A stretch of 64,000 nucleotides of DNA from an uncultured Acidobacteriaceae bacterium (GTDB lineage Bacteria; Acidobacteriota; Terriglobia; Terriglobales; Acidobacteriaceae): NCBI GenBank assembly GCA_963836875.1, contig CAWIKZ010000004.1, positions 48,387 to 112,386 of the forward strand, given 5' to 3'. Position numbers and translations under genes: made by a program. Positions 62,507 through 64,000 of this stretch are shown in pieces. How positions within the stretch are numbered: position 1 is the stretch's first letter; every line of letters begins with the position of its first letter. The notes beneath the pieces were generated by a model, which saw only the letters and a list, made by a program, of their open reading frames with translations, searched no databases and had not been told where the DNA came from.

Positions 62507-62923
62507 CTAGCCATTCTCCGTGGTATTGGGATGGGTGTGGCCGACGAGAAACACCCCGATACAGATCACCGCGATGCCAGCCCATCGCAAGGGAGGGACG
62601 AATTCGCCCAACCAGGTCGAGGCCAATAGCGCCACCACCGCGTAAGAAATCGAAGAGGCGGGTTGCACATAGCTATAGTCGGCCCACGACAGAACAATCA
62701 TATAGGCCGCGAAAAACACCAGCAGGGAGCCGACTCCAAGCCAAATCGTGGCGGAGGTGAAAACGAGAGTGAAGACGTGCAGCAGTTGCGCGGGAGGCCA
62801 AAGTTGCACCGCTCCCACGTGCTTCATGCCTTTGCCGAGTAAAACGTTGCCCAAAGGGGCGGCAATAACCATGATGAAAATCAAAATAAGGGTTTTGAGA
62901 TGCAGTCGCCTGGGGGATTCCAT
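62507..62923 (-). CDS. EamA-like single-domain (half-size DMT) membrane protein
   Basis: LGNVLLGKGMK...SISYAVVALLASTWLGEFVPPLRWAGIAVICIGVFLV. Tandem with 62127..62504, suggesting a heterodimeric pair. Confidence 0.6.
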   Translation of the reverse strand: MESPRRLHLKTLILIFIMVIAAPLGNVLLGKGMKHVGAVQLWPPAQLLHVFTLVFTSATIWLGVGSLLVFFAAYMIVLSWADYSYVQPASSISYAVVALLASTWLGEFVPPLRWAGIAVICIGVFLVGHTHPNTTENG

Positions 62924-63223
62924 GGGCTGTGGTCAGTCGCTCCAACCGTAAACAAGCATACCCATATGGTATATCAATCAACCCGCGACCGAGAGGCAGC
63001 AAGCACATACCCGTTCGGAGCGGTCAGTTGCAGTGCAAAGTCGAGCGCGAGCGGTTGGCATCTTGGAGATCGTAAGATGCTATTCTAAGGGTTCGGTTTT
63101 GGGGGAAACTTCCACAATTCGGGAGATGCATCTTGCCTGGGCTGCATTGTCGGACCGCCGTCACTTTGCTCAAGGCCGCAACTGCCGATAGGCCGATGAT
63201 TCGGTATCGGGGGACTGATCGAT

Positions 63224-64000
63224 TTGTGCGGCATTGTCGGATTTACTCATAAAGATTGGTTTCCACCTCCGGACCGCATTCGGAACGCCACCTCCACCCT
63301 GATCCACCGCGGACCAGACCAGCTTGGTGTTTACCAATCCCAGATATGCTCGATGGGCGCCACCCGCCTGAAAATCATTGATCTGGAGCACGGCGATCAG
63401 CCCATCGCGACCGAAGACGGCGACACGGTCGTCGTGTTCAATGGAGAAATCTACAATCACCTCGAAGTGCGCGCCGAGTTGGACAAGCTAGGCCATCGGT
63501 TTAACACCCACTGCGATACCGAGACGGTCCTTCACGCCTTCCTCGAGTGGGACACGCAGTGCTTCCGCCGATTCCGCGGCATGTTTGCGGTGGCACTTTG
63601 GACGAATTCCACTCGGCGGCTGGTGTTGGCGCGCGATCGTACGGGCATCAAGCCGCTCTACATCGCCCATCGCGGCGAGGAAATATTTTTTGGGTCGGAG
63701 CTGAAGGCCATCCTCGCTCATCCGGAGATCGAACGCCGCTTAAGCCTGGCCGGCCTGGATTGTTATTTGTCGTTGAACTATGTTCCAGCGCCCTGGACGC
63801 TGGTGGATGGAATCGAGAAGCTCCTGCCTGGATACTGGCTCGAGTGGCGAGACGGCAACGAATTTCGTGAAGCTTACTGGCGCTTACCCGACCAGACACC
63901 TAAGCAGCGCAGCCTGGCGTCGGCCCGTGAGGAGCTCGATTCTCTTCTGCAGCAGTCGGTTCGCGAGCACCTCATTTCAGACGTCCCTTTGGGGGTGTGG
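63224..64000 (+). CDS. asnB: asparagine synthase (glutamine-hydrolysing), N-terminal part; continues beyond the window
   Basis: Not in the ORF track (no stop in the window). My translation from TTG 63224 is (M)CGIVGFTHKD...RGPDQLGVY...LKIIDLEHGDQPI...VVFNGEIYNH.ELR.EL...GHRFNTHCDTEVL..., a class-II glutamine amidotransferase with N-terminal Cys, followed by the start of the synthetase domain (SDVPLGVW). Confidence 0.8.
   Translation, partial: MCGIVGFTHKDWFPPPDRIRNATSTLIHRGPDQLGVYQSQICSMGATRLKIIDLEHGDQPIATEDGDTVVVFNGEIYNHLEVRAELDKLGHRFNTHCDTETVLHAFLEWDTQCFRRFRGMFAVALWTNSTRRLVLARDRTGIKPLYIAHRGEEIFFGSELKAILAHPEIERRLSLAGLDCYLSLNYVPAPWTLVDGIEKLLPGYWLEWRDGNEFREAYWRLPDQTPKQRSLASAREELDSLLQQSVREHLISDVPLGVW

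Noticed and set aside
1-64000. CRISPR arrays, rRNA genes, prophage structural genes.
   Set aside because: I saw no regularly spaced direct repeats of 25-40 nt, no rRNA-like conserved stretches, and no capsid, terminase or tail genes. The only tandem repeat is the 7-mer at 8357-8391.

Overview
This is a 64-kb, high-GC chromosomal window that is gene-dense and mostly core metabolism. Gene content and a dispersed hairpin element ending in GGATGACAA suggest Acidobacteriota (Terriglobia-like); that is an inference, not a search result. I support about 60 protein genes.

Main content:
- **Respiratory locus (18.2-24.4 kb):** Rieske protein, cytochrome b, a frameshifted nonaheme cytochrome c, a monoheme c, and two flanking paralogous four-domain cytochromes c.
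- **Other respiratory and central-metabolism genes:** qNOR, citrate synthase, a solitary nuoB, an EF-G paralog, RNase R, MurJ, bactofilin and AsnB.
- **Co-directional minus-strand cluster (33.8-45.9 kb):** aryl/acyl-CoA ligase, two tandem family-III CoA-transferases, two unknown Cys-rich proteins, an amidohydrolase-2 enzyme, an ABM-like protein, three translationally coupled U32-family proteins, an FlK-like thioesterase, and a DAHP-synthase/chorismate-mutase fusion.
- **Accessory island (about 46.0-52.4 kb):** visibly AT-richer, lying between that cluster and murJ. It holds an rve/DDE transposase, a tightly coupled three-gene ABC-3C-type conflict operon (Cap4-like nuclease effector, middle component, DUF3732 SMC-like ABC ATPase), and a non-canonical tRNA-like gene with a UCA anticodon at the island edge.

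The findings most worth follow-up are the ABC-3C operon, the U32 triplet next to a prephenate source and CoA-activation genes, and the UCA tRNA. Next come three CRP/FNR-type palindromes and a 1-nt frameshift inside a CxxCH heme motif.

All family calls come from reading the translations; no database was queried. Start codons are my best guesses, and the ORF track shows GTG/TTG starts as M.
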